From: Candidatus Hodarchaeaceae archaeon
GTDB lineage: Archaea > Hadarchaeota > Hadarchaeia > Hadarchaeales > Hadarchaeaceae
Direction: 5' to 3'
Assembly (NCBI GenBank): GCA_030018135.1
Contig: JASEGJ010000019.1
Location: 1-20,406, forward strand
DNA: 20,406 nucleotides
In this document: piece by piece, positions 8,933 to 17,492 of the stretch
Layout of the letters: every line of letters begins with the position of its first letter
Position numbering within the stretch: position 1 is the stretch's first letter
Notes under the pieces: model-generated
The model's input: the letters and a program-made list of their open reading frames with translations, nothing else
Told to the model about the DNA's origin: nothing
The model's database searches: none
Made by a program: the position numbers and the translations under genes

Positions 8933-11900
8933 TCAGTATGCCCTCAGCGTGACTATCGTCCACATCCTGCTCGGCACGGTTATGACGCCAGGCGCTTGCA
9001 GCGTGAGTACGAAGGTGTATTCTTGGGATGGCGCCAGCGTTGCCAGCGTTGAAGGTGTCTTCAATAGCGGGCTGTTGTCGAACTTCATCGCGTAGGTGTC
9101 GACACCTATCGCCTGGGCAAGCGTCCAGCTCGTCACCGGCTCGCCGGGCGCGCTCTTGGCGTCGGAGCCGATTATGTCCACCCTCACGTCCACGTTACCG
9201 ACGTTCCTGACGGTGAAGTTATCGGACTTTGCAATTTCCGTTTCGTCGAGGACGCCGATGTCCCATGTGGTCGGCCAAAGCTCGATCGCCTTGACCTCGG
9301 CCTCGACGGTCACCTTCGCCCAAGCCTGGGGTATCCTAGGCCCTGGAACCAGCACGAACGCCGTGACGTCGTCGTTGTCGGTGATCGCTGAGTAGTTTTC
9401 GGAGGTAGCCGTGACCACGATGTCGTTCCTGACGCCCGTCCTCAGGCCGCTGGGTATCGTGAGCTTTAGCCTGGCCTGCCCGATCGAGCATGCCGGCACT
9501 TCCAAGCGGTTATCCTCGATCTCGCCATACCAGTTGTCGTAATCTCGGTTGTTGTCCCAGACACGTTGGTAGAGGCTCAAGTTGTAGTTATCGTCGACGT
9601 TGCCGAGGTTCTTGACCCTTATGATCCACACCAGCGTGCTCTCGGGCGTGCCGGTCTGGTCCTGGGTCAGTATGTCCACCCTGACGCCTCGGGCCTCCTG
9701 CACCTGGACCGTCGCTTCGTCGCTGTCGCTCACGTTATCTGGGTCCCAATCGGTGCCCGAAGCGAGCTGCCCTTCAGCCCTGACCACTATGGTGTAGGTG
9801 GTGCTGCCCTTCGCGTTGTCCGGTACCGTGACGCTCAGCTCCGCTATGTCGCTCTCCCCCGCGGCGATGAACAGCTCCGGCGGCATTATCTCGAGCCCGA
9901 GCTCCTTGCCAGTCGCCTCCCGAACGCTCAGCACGTACTTGTCGTCTAGGGAGCCAGTGTTGGTGATTCTTACCTTGAAGGAGAGCGGGTCGTACCTCTT
10001 GCCCGACCACTCCTTGTTGATGACCAATATTGCATTCTCGGAACGGGGCTCCTCGATGACCACATCGACGCTCCTGAGCAGCGCGACCTGCGCTCGGCAA
10101 ACCTCGCTGTCGCTCTTCGTGCTGTCTCCCTCCGAGGTCACCATCACGGTTATATTGTCGATGGTGCCGGGTATTGCGTCGCCGGGTATGGTCACCTCCA
10201 GCGCAGCGGTCCTCTCACCGCCGACCTCCACGCCGTCGAAGCGGCCTGGCGCGAGCACCAAGGTCCAGCCCTGGGTGTCGCTCGCGCTCAGGAGCAGGTT
10301 GTCCTCTATGCCGCCAATGTTCTTGACCACCACGTCGTAGCTGAGCGTCTCCCCGGGCCTGCCGCTCTGGTGGCTCGGCGATATCGAGACCAAGTCGACA
10401 TCGTAGGGGAAGCCGGAGTGGGCTATCGCGTTGTCGCTGGCGCTCACGGGATCCCAGAAGGACTCCGTGCCGGTCGCGGTGACGGTCACCAGATCTTCGG
10501 TGCACGGGGGCGCGGTGCCCTCGTCGGGTATCTCGACCCTCAGGGTCGCGGTCCCGCTCCCGCCCGCGAGCACTAGGAGCTTGGTTGGGGAGATCCCAAG
10601 GCTCCAGCCGCGGTTGTCGCTCGCGCTCAAGGTGTAGTTGTCCCAGCCGGTGCCGGTGTTGTTGACCGTCACGGTGAAGTACACGTTCTCCCCCGTCGTC
10701 CCCGGGTACCTCGAGATGCGGTCCGGCGAGATGAGCACGCTGACGCCGAAGGTCGGCCACTCGACCAGCGAGGTTATAGAGTAGACGCCTAGGTCGCTCG
10801 TGCCCGCGAGCGCTAGGTAGTCGGAGCCTATGCCCGTAGTCGTGTCGACTGCCAGTATCGGGTAGTAGGCGGCCCCGGCGTAGTTGTCGACCGGGTCGAG
10901 TATCTGGTCGCTCTGGAAGCACCAGCCGAAGCCCAGAGCTCGAAGGATCTTGTTTTGCACCCTGTAGAAGTTGTACCCGAAGTAGTCGGAGTTGTTGAAT
11001 ATCAGCAAAACGCCTCCCGCCGACACCCAGCTGCTTATGTTATCGACGTACCCGCTGGGCAACAATGTCGGGTCGCCGCCCGACCACCTAGCGCCCAGCT
11101 GGTAGCCGGCCACTAGTAAGACATCGTTTTCTCCGATTATTCCAGTTCCCTTCAGCTGGGTGTTGTCCTCAGTTACGGTGTAGCCGAGGGCTGTGAGGGC
11201 ATCTCGAAGATCTTTCACCCTGGCTCCTCTATTGTATGTCCCATAGCCGGTATCCCACAATATCTTGGTGGCACCGGGCTTAGCCCACTGGATCGCCGCG
11301 TGCAGGAACCTGTCGAAGTATGGGCACGGGCTGCCCACCTTGTTCCACCTACCATTGTCGAGGGTGGAGGTCAAGCCCGAAGCGATCACAACGCCGCTGC
11401 CGACCCTCTGCGCTGCGACGATCGGCGGGTACTCTCCGGCCACGTAAAGTTTGTAGGCGGGCGGCGTCGCGTCGCGGCTCGTGCCGTAGGCGTTGGCCTT
11501 GCCCCTGGCGATCACCCCCGGCCCGGGCCAGGGGGAGACGATGTTAACTGCGATCCAGTCCGCAGCCGTGGAATAGCTGAACAGCGGCCCCTCGGCGATG
11601 TCCACGCTAAGGCCCATCGTGGAGAGCATGTGGGTGCCTATGATGTGGGGCACGCCCCCGGCGCCGGCAGCGCGGAGCACGATTTCGACGTTGAAGTCGC
11701 CGTTGCGGGGGTCGGGCGTCGTGCTGTACACCGAGACCGAATGTCGCCAGAGGGCTGGGTCCTCCGGGTGAGCGCCCTCCGCGTAGTCCCAGAGGGCCTC
11801 CACATTTTCGCCGACATTATCTCCGCTGATGAAGTACGCCCTGGCGCTGACGAAAGTTAGGTTGTTGTCCGGCGTTCCCGCGTCGTTGGTCCTCGGGGAG

Positions 11901-12127
11901 TCCCACACGATGGGAGGTAAGCTGTACACTCCGTTCTCCGGCCTGTCCCACCTTAGGGTGAACCTGACCACGAAGAAGCCGCCTTGGCCGACGGTGATCG
12001 TCGTCCCCGTCGGGTCTCCAACCAACGCGGGCGCGAGCACCGGGGTGGCGATGAACACCATGGACAGCAGCAGAGCTGAGACGAGCAGGATGGAAGTAAA
12101 GCCACGCTTGTACTTCTCGGTCCTCAC
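8933..12127 (-). CDS. Large secreted surface protein: N-terminal beta domain, class I GATase-like (DUF4350-like) domain, four NEW3/COG1470-like Ig repeats, C-terminal beta-sandwich
   Basis: GTG start with AGGAGG SD; signal peptide; ILWDTGYG..LRDALTALGYTV..DVLLVAG..WVSAGGVLLI..NKIL; repeats VxVxNxGxxxDxY; no C-terminal TM. Confidence 0.85.
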   Translation of the reverse strand: MRTEKYKRGFTSILLVSALLLSMVFIATPVLAPALVGDPTGTTITVGQGGFFVVRFTLRWDRPENGVYSLPPIVWDSPRTNDAGTPDNNLTFVSARAYFISGDNVGENVEALWDYAEGAHPEDPALWRHSVSVYSTTPDPRNGDFNVEIVLRAAGAGGVPHIIGTHMLSTMGLSVDIAEGPLFSYSTAADWIAVNIVSPWPGPGVIARGKANAYGTSRDATPPAYKLYVAGEYPPIVAAQRVGSGVVIASGLTSTLDNGRWNKVGSPCPYFDRFLHAAIQWAKPGATKILWDTGYGTYNRGARVKDLRDALTALGYTVTEDNTQLKGTGIIGENDVLLVAGYQLGARWSGGDPTLLPSGYVDNISSWVSAGGVLLIFNNSDYFGYNFYRVQNKILRALGFGWCFQSDQILDPVDNYAGAAYYPILAVDTTTGIGSDYLALAGTSDLGVYSITSLVEWPTFGVSVLISPDRISRYPGTTGENVYFTVTVNNTGTGWDNYTLSASDNRGWSLGISPTKLLVLAGGSGTATLRVEIPDEGTAPPCTEDLVTVTATGTESFWDPVSASDNAIAHSGFPYDVDLVSISPSHQSGRPGETLSYDVVVKNIGGIEDNLLLSASDTQGWTLVLAPGRFDGVEVGGERTAALEVTIPGDAIPGTIDNITVMVTSEGDSTKSDSEVCRAQVALLRSVDVVIEEPRSENAILVINKEWSGKRYDPLSFKVRITNTGSLDDKYVLSVREATGKELGLEIMPPELFIAAGESDIAELSVTVPDNAKGSTTYTIVVRAEGQLASGTDWDPDNVSDSDEATVQVQEARGVRVDILTQDQTGTPESTLVWIIRVKNLGNVDDNYNLSLYQRVWDNNRDYDNWYGEIEDNRLEVPACSIGQARLKLTIPSGLRTGVRNDIVVTATSENYSAITDNDDVTAFVLVPGPRIPQAWAKVTVEAEVKAIELWPTTWDIGVLDETEIAKSDNFTVRNVGNVDVRVDIIGSDAKSAPGEPVTSWTLAQAIGVDTYAMKFDNSPLLKTPSTLATLAPSQEYTFVLTLQAPGVITVPSRMWTIVTLRAY

Positions 12128-12183
12128 TTATTGCCTCCTTTTTTTGAGGTCCTAAACCTCAGATAAAAAATGATAGCTTTGGC

Positions 12184-12211
12184 TATATAAGCCTATCGAT
12201 TTACCATAAAA
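12184..12211 (-). promoter_or_regulatory. TATA promoter plus upstream element of the large surface protein
   Basis: Minus strand reads TTTTATGGTAAATCGATAGGCTTATATA, matching 3577-3603. Confidence 0.7.
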
Positions 12212-12317
12212 CCAGCCCCGCCCATGACAAAATAACCTTATAAGCGGGCGTTGACAAACTGTCATACGAAAGGGATTAAAGCTGGAGGAAATACTATAGG
12301 CTTCGGAAGTTGGGAGG

Positions 12318-12761
12318 ATGGCCGATCTGGACGAGTTTGACCAGAGGATACTGAAGGCCATGAGCAAGGGGAAGGGCGTGGGCGCGAGGCTCACCGAGCT
12401 CGCGAGGGAGATAGGCGAGCCGAGGAGCACCGTAAACCTGCGCGTCGAGGTGCTCGAGGACGAGGGGGTAATAACCGGCTACAGGCCTCGAATAGACTGG
12501 GAGAGGCTGAACTACCCCATATGCGGCTACATGGGCGTCGTCTGCTCGGACGAGGTAGTCGAGCGTTTGCTCAGGGTTTTGAAGAAGGAGGAGGCGGCAT
12601 TCGAGATATGGGAGATCACCACGGGCTCCTTCGACCTGCTGATCAAGTGCAGGTTCAGGGGGTACGAGGGGATAAAAGCGCTTCGGGATAAAATACTTCG
12701 CATAGAGGGCGTCAGGGACATGGACATCTGGCTGCTCGGCCCGTGCCACAAGGAGGAGTAG
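12318..12761 (+). CDS. Lrp/AsnC family transcriptional regulator
   Basis: LDEFDQRIL...LTELAREIGEPRSTVNLRVEVLEDEGVITGY HTH; RAM domain with ITTGSFDLL; GGAGG SD. Confidence 0.92.
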   Translation: MADLDEFDQRILKAMSKGKGVGARLTELAREIGEPRSTVNLRVEVLEDEGVITGYRPRIDWERLNYPICGYMGVVCSDEVVERLLRVLKKEEAAFEIWEITTGSFDLLIKCRFRGYEGIKALRDKILRIEGVRDMDIWLLGPCHKEE

Positions 12762-13084
12762 CCGGCCCCTCGCCGGCCAACGGCCCGCCGGTGGGGCGGC
12801 GGCTGCCGAGTGCGCGGACTACCTTCGTGTCGAAACGGGAGGGGATTTAAGCCCCGATTTACTTATGTCAAGGCGGGCGGGCAAGCTCCACGAAGCTCGA
12901 GCACCACAAATCCAACAAGAGCTTCGTTCATCCGTTCGTCCACAGGGCTGTTCGATAAATCTATAGATCTCGGACAGGCCATGCGCCCGCAAAAGCACCT
13001 CATCGTCGACTTCCGGAGGAACCGAAGACCTGCTGGGGACTTACACCTCCGGATTGTGCTCGCCCCTCTGCTATCGGGGCCCGC

Positions 13085-13186
13085 CTACTTCACGAACTCG
13101 ACATTTTCTAGCCCTTTAAATGCAACATCGCCGGTGAGAAATTTTACCCCTTCGTGCTTGGCGGTCACATACCCGATGCAATCTGC
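13085..13186 (-). pseudogene. vapC: vapC (PIN) C-terminal fragment
   Basis: Hand translation: ADCIGYVTAKHEGVKFLTGDVAFKGLENVEFVK*. Confidence 0.75.
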
Positions 13187-13207
13187 GGATTTTCTGGGTC
13201 AGTTGCA

Positions 13208-13372
13208 TCAGTGCTCACCCTGCGACTCCACGTATTTCTTCGGCACGTCCAAGCTCACCTGCCCCGTGGTGAGCAGGCAGTAGCTCTGGCTCCACAGGTG
13301 TCCGCCCCAGAGCTTTTCCTTGAGCTCTGGAAACTCGTGGAAGAGGCGGTTCGCGCTCGCGCCCTGCATCAG
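13208..13372 (-). pseudogene. tnpA: IS200 Y1 transposase C-terminal fragment
   Basis: Hand translation: LMQGASANRLFHEFPELKEKLWGGHLWSQSYCLLTTGQVSLDVPKKYVESQGEH*. It retains the catalytic-Tyr helix but lacks the HUH motif. Confidence 0.88.
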
Positions 13373-13520
13373 CTATCATTTTTCAGCCCCGAAACAGCTC
13401 GCCGAAACGCTTTTTTAAATCGCTTTTCCAGAGAGGGGTCACCGAAAGTAATGGCTGCTCTCATCCCCCCTGAAGGAAGGGGTCTTCCCGCCGCAAGAGT
13501 TAAAAGCTGCTGGGGAGGGG

Positions 13521-14729
13521 CTATATCACGGCCAAAAATAATGGCAGGGTATCCTCATCCCACACCTCAACGCTTTTGGGGTACTTCCTGTGAGGTTTCC
13601 CTGCTTTCACCTCTATTTTCAAACCATCCGCCACGCAATCTATTTCGTACGAATTTCTGCAGTAGAAAACTTCCCCAAATTTTCCGAGCAAATGCGCCTG
13701 AACCACCCACTCGTATAAAGCACTCCTCAGAAAATCTTGCCCGCTCCAAGAAGACAAGACCCAGGCTATGAAAGGATCGGTAAAAAATATTTTCTTCTCT
13801 TTTCTGTGGAAAATTTTCTTCCCTTCCTTGAAAATTGCCAAATCTAAAACGAGTAGATTTTTTAGTAACTCAAGATATTCCGCCACGGTTTTATAAGAAT
13901 ACCCGGAGGTGTCCTCAGATATCGTGGTGTAGCTGAGGGGAGAAGGGGCTTTTTTGAATATGGAAGAAAATATTTCCCTCGTCAAGGAGACACTCCTCCC
14001 TGCCCTCAGAATCTCCCCCTCAAACGCCCTTATGAAATCCTCTGCCGCCCTTGGATCATCGTTTATGGAGAGCGGGAATCCGCCTTTTTCCAAATACCTT
14101 TCAAACACTGGTTTTATCTCTTCTTCGTGGAGAGCAGCTTTTTTCATATCCCTGTGCATATCTCCAGTGATTTTTACCTTCATGCCGTGGACTTCCAAAA
14201 ATTCCCGAAAACTCAGGGGACGAACCGTTATCTCCCTTCCCATGCCCCTCCGTCCGGGAAAGAGCTCCACGTCCCCTCTCAGTTTTAAAGAGGAGGAGCC
14301 CGTCACGGTCAACACATCATCTTTGAATGTTCCCAAGTCTACGTATCCTTTTACCACCCTCCACCAGCCCTTCACCCCAGTAACTTCGTCCAAAAAGATG
14401 AAGCTGGAGCCATGCCCGAAAGATTTTCTAAATTCTAAATAGCCGTCCACAACTTTTCTCAACGAGTACGCATCTGGAGAAAAATCGCAATTGAAGTAGA
14501 ATATTCTCTCCGCATCCACTTTCTCCAGCAGCTTGTTGATCAAGAGTTTCAATCCTGTGGTTTTACCCACTTGCCTTGCCCCTATTATGAAGTTCAGCGA
14601 GAAGGGCTCCAACGGGATACTTTCTATCCACTTCGGCACCCACCTGAGTTTCATTCCCTTCCATTTCGCTAGGTGGTAGTCTTCTTCCCCTTTCCACCAA
14701 GCGTTGTGTCCAACAATCAGGTTTTTCAT
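13521..14729 (-). CDS. AAA_14/DUF4143 (COG1373) ATPase
   Basis: Walker A GARQVGKTT, Walker B IFLDEVT, TGSSS, PLSFREF, GGFP, KIFFTDP, EID...IEVK. Visibly AT-richer than its neighbours; TTTATAA about 25-30 nt upstream suggests a leaderless transcript. Confidence 0.9.
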   Translation of the reverse strand: MKNLIVGHNAWWKGEEDYHLAKWKGMKLRWVPKWIESIPLEPFSLNFIIGARQVGKTTGLKLLINKLLEKVDAERIFYFNCDFSPDAYSLRKVVDGYLEFRKSFGHGSSFIFLDEVTGVKGWWRVVKGYVDLGTFKDDVLTVTGSSSLKLRGDVELFPGRRGMGREITVRPLSFREFLEVHGMKVKITGDMHRDMKKAALHEEEIKPVFERYLEKGGFPLSINDDPRAAEDFIRAFEGEILRAGRSVSLTREIFSSIFKKAPSPLSYTTISEDTSGYSYKTVAEYLELLKNLLVLDLAIFKEGKKIFHRKEKKIFFTDPFIAWVLSSWSGQDFLRSALYEWVVQAHLLGKFGEVFYCRNSYEIDCVADGLKIEVKAGKPHRKYPKSVEVWDEDTLPLFLAVI

Positions 14730-14828
14730 AGCAAAAGTTTTATTTCTAATGCCTTATAAATATTTAGAAGTTTGAGTTCTATTATTGGAGGGGGGAGCGC
14801 CTCGATTTGGATGCATCTACCTATTTGA

Positions 14829-15045
14829 TTAAGCCGGATCTAACTTTTTCAGCCTGTGGCGCCGCTTCCCTCGGGCAACCACCCAAAATCCCTTCAGGTT
14901 GTCGGTCACCAACTTGGCCCCGCTGGCGAGGGCTGTAGCGCCGATCGCGTAGTCCCGCACCCTCTCCTTGAAGTCCCACCTCCCCACGCTGCCTTAGCGG
15001 TCGCCCTAGCCACCCGAGCATAGAGGGGTGCGACCTCAACGAGGT
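14829..15045 (-). pseudogene. vapC: vapC (PIN) C-terminal fragment, frameshifted
   Basis: NLVEVAPLYARVARATAKA / VGRWDFKERVRDYAIGATALASGAKLVTDNLKGF matches the PIN D-x2-I-x-ATA...LVTxN pattern. Confidence 0.6.
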
Positions 15046-15161
15046 TCCTGCGGGTTTGGATGGGACTTTGGACCGGTGGAAAAATCGGCGATAGCCTTTT
15101 GCGCTCGCCCAATTTCCATATTTTACGGAAAGACTTAGATATCGGACGCTATTTCCATGCA

Positions 15162-15430
15162 GTGACCCCTCCCCTCGCTTTCGCAAGGGGCTTCCACCCT
15201 TCGCTCGTGCCACGCCCCTTCGCAGGAAGCGCAGGTTTGCCCTCGCTACCGGAAGGTCGCGAGGTTGCGCATTCTCAACGCCAGCACCTTTCACTCAGCT
15301 TTCTCCACAGGAGCCCGCTGGAGGTGCGAACGCCCCACGTGCGCTCAAGGGCTCGGCCACTGCTGACTGGTCGGTTCCAGTCGAGCCCCTACTCCGGACG
15401 TGTAGCCCGGGGCCCGTTTGGCTTTCGCCG
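15162..15430 (-). mobile_element. IS605/IS1341 right end with tnpB 3' tip; putative omegaRNA (reRNA) region
   Basis: Ends in GAAGCCCCTTGCGAAAGCGAGGGGAGGGG-TCAC (subterminal hairpin plus TCAC). Begins with AKRAPGYTSGVGA, resembling archaeal TnpB C-termini; several internal hairpins. Confidence 0.65.
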
Positions 15431-15475
15431 TGAAGAAGTCGGTTTCGGTTGTTATATCGCTTTCGGGGAGAGAGG

Positions 15476-15790
15476 TCACCCCGCCGAGAACGCGATGCGG
15501 GCGCCGGCCAGTGCGAGCACGATCGCGAGGGCCATCGAGGCCAGCGTCTCCGCCTGCCTGTGCCCGTAGGGGTGCCCCCTGTCCGCCCTGCGCTTGGATA
15601 CCGTCAATCCCGCGAAAACGCCCGCGGATGTCGCGGTGTCCGAGAGCGCATCCACGCCGGCCGCGATGAAAGCGATGCTGCCGAACAGCACGCCCGCCAG
15701 AATCTCCGCGGCCCCCATGACCGTGGTCGTCATCGCGGAGAGGACGGTAACCCGCTCCGCCGAATTCCCTCAACGGCACGGCTCACCCCA
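15476..15790 (-). pseudogene. Cation diffusion facilitator (FieF-like) N-terminal fragment
   Basis: GVLFGSIAFIAAGVDALSD...SKRRADRGHPYGHRQAETL; only about three TM segments before the stop; the 5' end is out of frame. Confidence 0.8.
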
Positions 15791-15873
15791 ATAAAAATTG
15801 TCCGCGATTCCCTAAAGGGCTATCCGCTGCGCGACGATTTTCGCCCGAGGGGCCAGCGGAACATCGTTCGGCT

Positions 15874-16272
15874 GTCACAGCTGTGACGTCGGGGCAGCGC
15901 CGCGGATGTCACACCTGTGACACGACGCGCGCGATTTTGCCCGCTTATAAACGACCTCCACCCAAAGCCCTCGCGGGCTATGCCGAACTCGTATCTGATC
16001 GTCTACGACATAAGGGAGCTCGACTGCGGGACGAGACAGCGGGTGAGCCGGCGCCTCAGAAAAATCCGCGCGGTGAGGCTTCGGCAATCGGTGTGGGAGT
16101 CGAGCAGACTGGCGGAGCTGAAGAACCTGGCCGACTCGATCGGTCTGGCCGGCGGGAAGGCGTTGGTGTTGGAGAAGCGAACAGTCCACTTGTCACACCT
16201 GTGACATCGGATGCCCGCGCTGGCGTCACACCTGTGACAGTGGCGATGGTGCAGCGCCGTCACACCTGTGAC
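15874..16272. repeat. Five 14-bp palindromic repeats GTCACA(G/C)CTGTGAC flanking a small gene
   Basis: Copies at 15874-15887, 15908-15921, 16192-16205, 16225-16238 and 16259-16272; unique spacers of 20, 19 and 20 nt. Confidence 0.95.
15980..16204 (+). CDS. Solo Cas2-like (ferredoxin-fold) protein, 74 aa
   Basis: MPNSYLIVYDI...RQRVSRRLRKIRAVRLRQSVWE matches the Cas2/VapD/PaaX-central signature (YDI; R-x-Q-x-S-V-F/W-E). TTATAAA at 15945-15951; the stop lies inside a repeat. Confidence 0.75.
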   Translation: MPNSYLIVYDIRELDCGTRQRVSRRLRKIRAVRLRQSVWESSRLAELKNLADSIGLAGGKALVLEKRTVHLSHL

Positions 16273-16419
16273 ATCGCGCGAGCCGAGTGTGCCCAAAAAC
16301 AAAATTCCCGTGTGCGAGGGACCGAATTTTGTGCCGGAAACTTAAATTCGCGCGAAGGACAGCGCGGGGCAGCACAACAATCGAGGCATCCCGCGCAGGC
16401 GCCGCCGATCCGCGCGCGC

Positions 16420-16825
16420 CCGCCGACGAGCGAGATCGCCCCCGCGAGCGCGATTCGACGGGCGCCCTCGAGCTTGGGCGAGAACTCGAGCGCGAGCCTC
16501 CGGGGGTCGAAGCGCAGCAGGCCGACCACCTGACCGCCCACCACGACCTCGTCCGCCCTGTCCAGCGCGGGCAGGCGGTTGAGCACCACGAGCTTGTCGG
16601 GCGGGAAGAGCGGCCCTGCCGCCCCAAGGCCGAACTGTTTCGCGACGGTCGAGAGCAGGAGTTCGAGGTCGCCATCAAAGGCCGAAAATCGCCCGGCGGG
16701 GTCAGCGCCACCTCCCCCGCCCCGGAGCCGCATTTGTCGCACGCCTTACCCAAGGGCGGCGGGTTGCAGCTGGGGCACCAACCTAGGCCAAACCTGCCGA
16801 GTATGACCGGCCCTCCGCGGCGCAT
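16420..16825 (-). pseudogene. N-terminal fragment of archaeal PAPS-reductase/PUA-family protein; frameshifted and truncated
   Basis: LG...WCPSCNPP.LGKACDKCG...VALTPPGDFRP, then a frameshift at about 16680, then FDGDLELL..V.KQFG..LVVLNRLPALDRADEVVVGG...PKLEGARRI. No catalytic domain follows. Confidence 0.7.
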
Positions 16826-16835
16826 CCACGAAACC

Positions 16836-17093
16836 TCATAGGAGTCGCCTTACGTCCATCACTTGGACGTTGCCGACGCCGGGTATGCCCGCAAGCGCCC
16901 GCTCGAGCGGGTCCGTGCCCCCCGCGGCGTCCGGGACCACCGCGACCACGCGCAACGCCTTCAGCCCGAAGGCTATCGGCTCCTGCTCGACCGAGTGGGC
17001 CCTGACGCGCGCCCTGACCTCAGCCTCGATGCGCCTCAGGTCCACATCGGCGCTCTCCGGCATGAGCCGGACCACGACGGCCACCTCGCCCAT
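16836..17093 (-). CDS. ef1b: Translation elongation factor 1-beta
   Basis: MGEVAVVVRLMPES.DVDL...EPIAFGLKAL...GGTDPLE; lies downstream of the Zn-ribbon gene in the conserved archaeal order. Confidence 0.95.
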   Translation of the reverse strand: MGEVAVVVRLMPESADVDLRRIEAEVRARVRAHSVEQEPIAFGLKALRVVAVVPDAAGGTDPLERALAGIPGVGNVQVMDVRRLL

Positions 17094-17101
17094 TCGAACA
17101 C

Positions 17102-17266
17102 CTAGGGCCCCGTGAAGCCGCAGCTCGGGCAGCGATACGGGTTGCTGAGCCTCTTGCACTTGGCGCACCGCCATATCTCGACGGCGCCGCAGCTCGGGCA
17201 GGGAAACTTCACCGCCCGGTCGTCCGAGGCTATCGCGCGGTTGCACGAGTTGCAGACGCTTGCCAT
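17102..17266 (-). CDS. Zn-ribbon RNA-binding protein (DUF1610 / HVO_2753 family)
   Basis: CNSC...FPCPSCG..IWRCAKCK....YRCPSCGFTGP; four CxxC motifs. Confidence 0.93.
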   Translation of the reverse strand: MASVCNSCNRAIASDDRAVKFPCPSCGAVEIWRCAKCKRLSNPYRCPSCGFTGP

Positions 17267-17492
17267 GTTGACCCCACCTATCTTCGTCGAACTTGCTTTA
17301 ACGCTTTTGCTGGTGCTCCCGGCCACAAAAAATTTTGCTTTCCCTCGGAGGGGTCGTTTCGCTTTGCGTCGGGGGTCCCCTTCCCTCGGAGGAGGTGCGC
17401 GAATCCCCATCGAAGATGCTGGAAGATTTTCGATTGAGGCCCCCACGAGAGTTCGACGAATTTGATTTAAGGGCAGAAAACGAGGTTTAAGC

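Larger units (their letters stand above)
12810..13499 (-). mobile_element. Internally deleted IS200/IS605-family remnant
   Basis: Left end: TTTAA (13504-13500) then the hairpin GACCCCTTCCTTCAGGGGGGATGAG. It is followed by a tnpA fragment, a tnpB-like start (MQLTQKIR, TGATG overlap at 13206-13210) and a degenerate right-end-like sequence near 12810-12850 (weak). Confidence 0.6.

Noticed and set aside
15888-16258. Spacer self-matches (shared GCAGCGCC; partial match near 16365)
   Set aside because: Matches of 8-9 nt in GC-rich DNA are expected by chance.
15874-16272. Calling the repeat cluster a canonical CRISPR array
   Set aside because: Repeats are only 14-16 bp and spacers 19-20 nt, the array is split by a gene, and there is no cas1 or effector gene in the window. 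Kept as a repeat and a finding.
17340-17392. Two TTCCCTCGGAGG repeats as origin-recognition boxes
   Set aside because: Only loose TCC-N3-GGA similarity, two copies, no cdc6 gene and no clear unwinding element.
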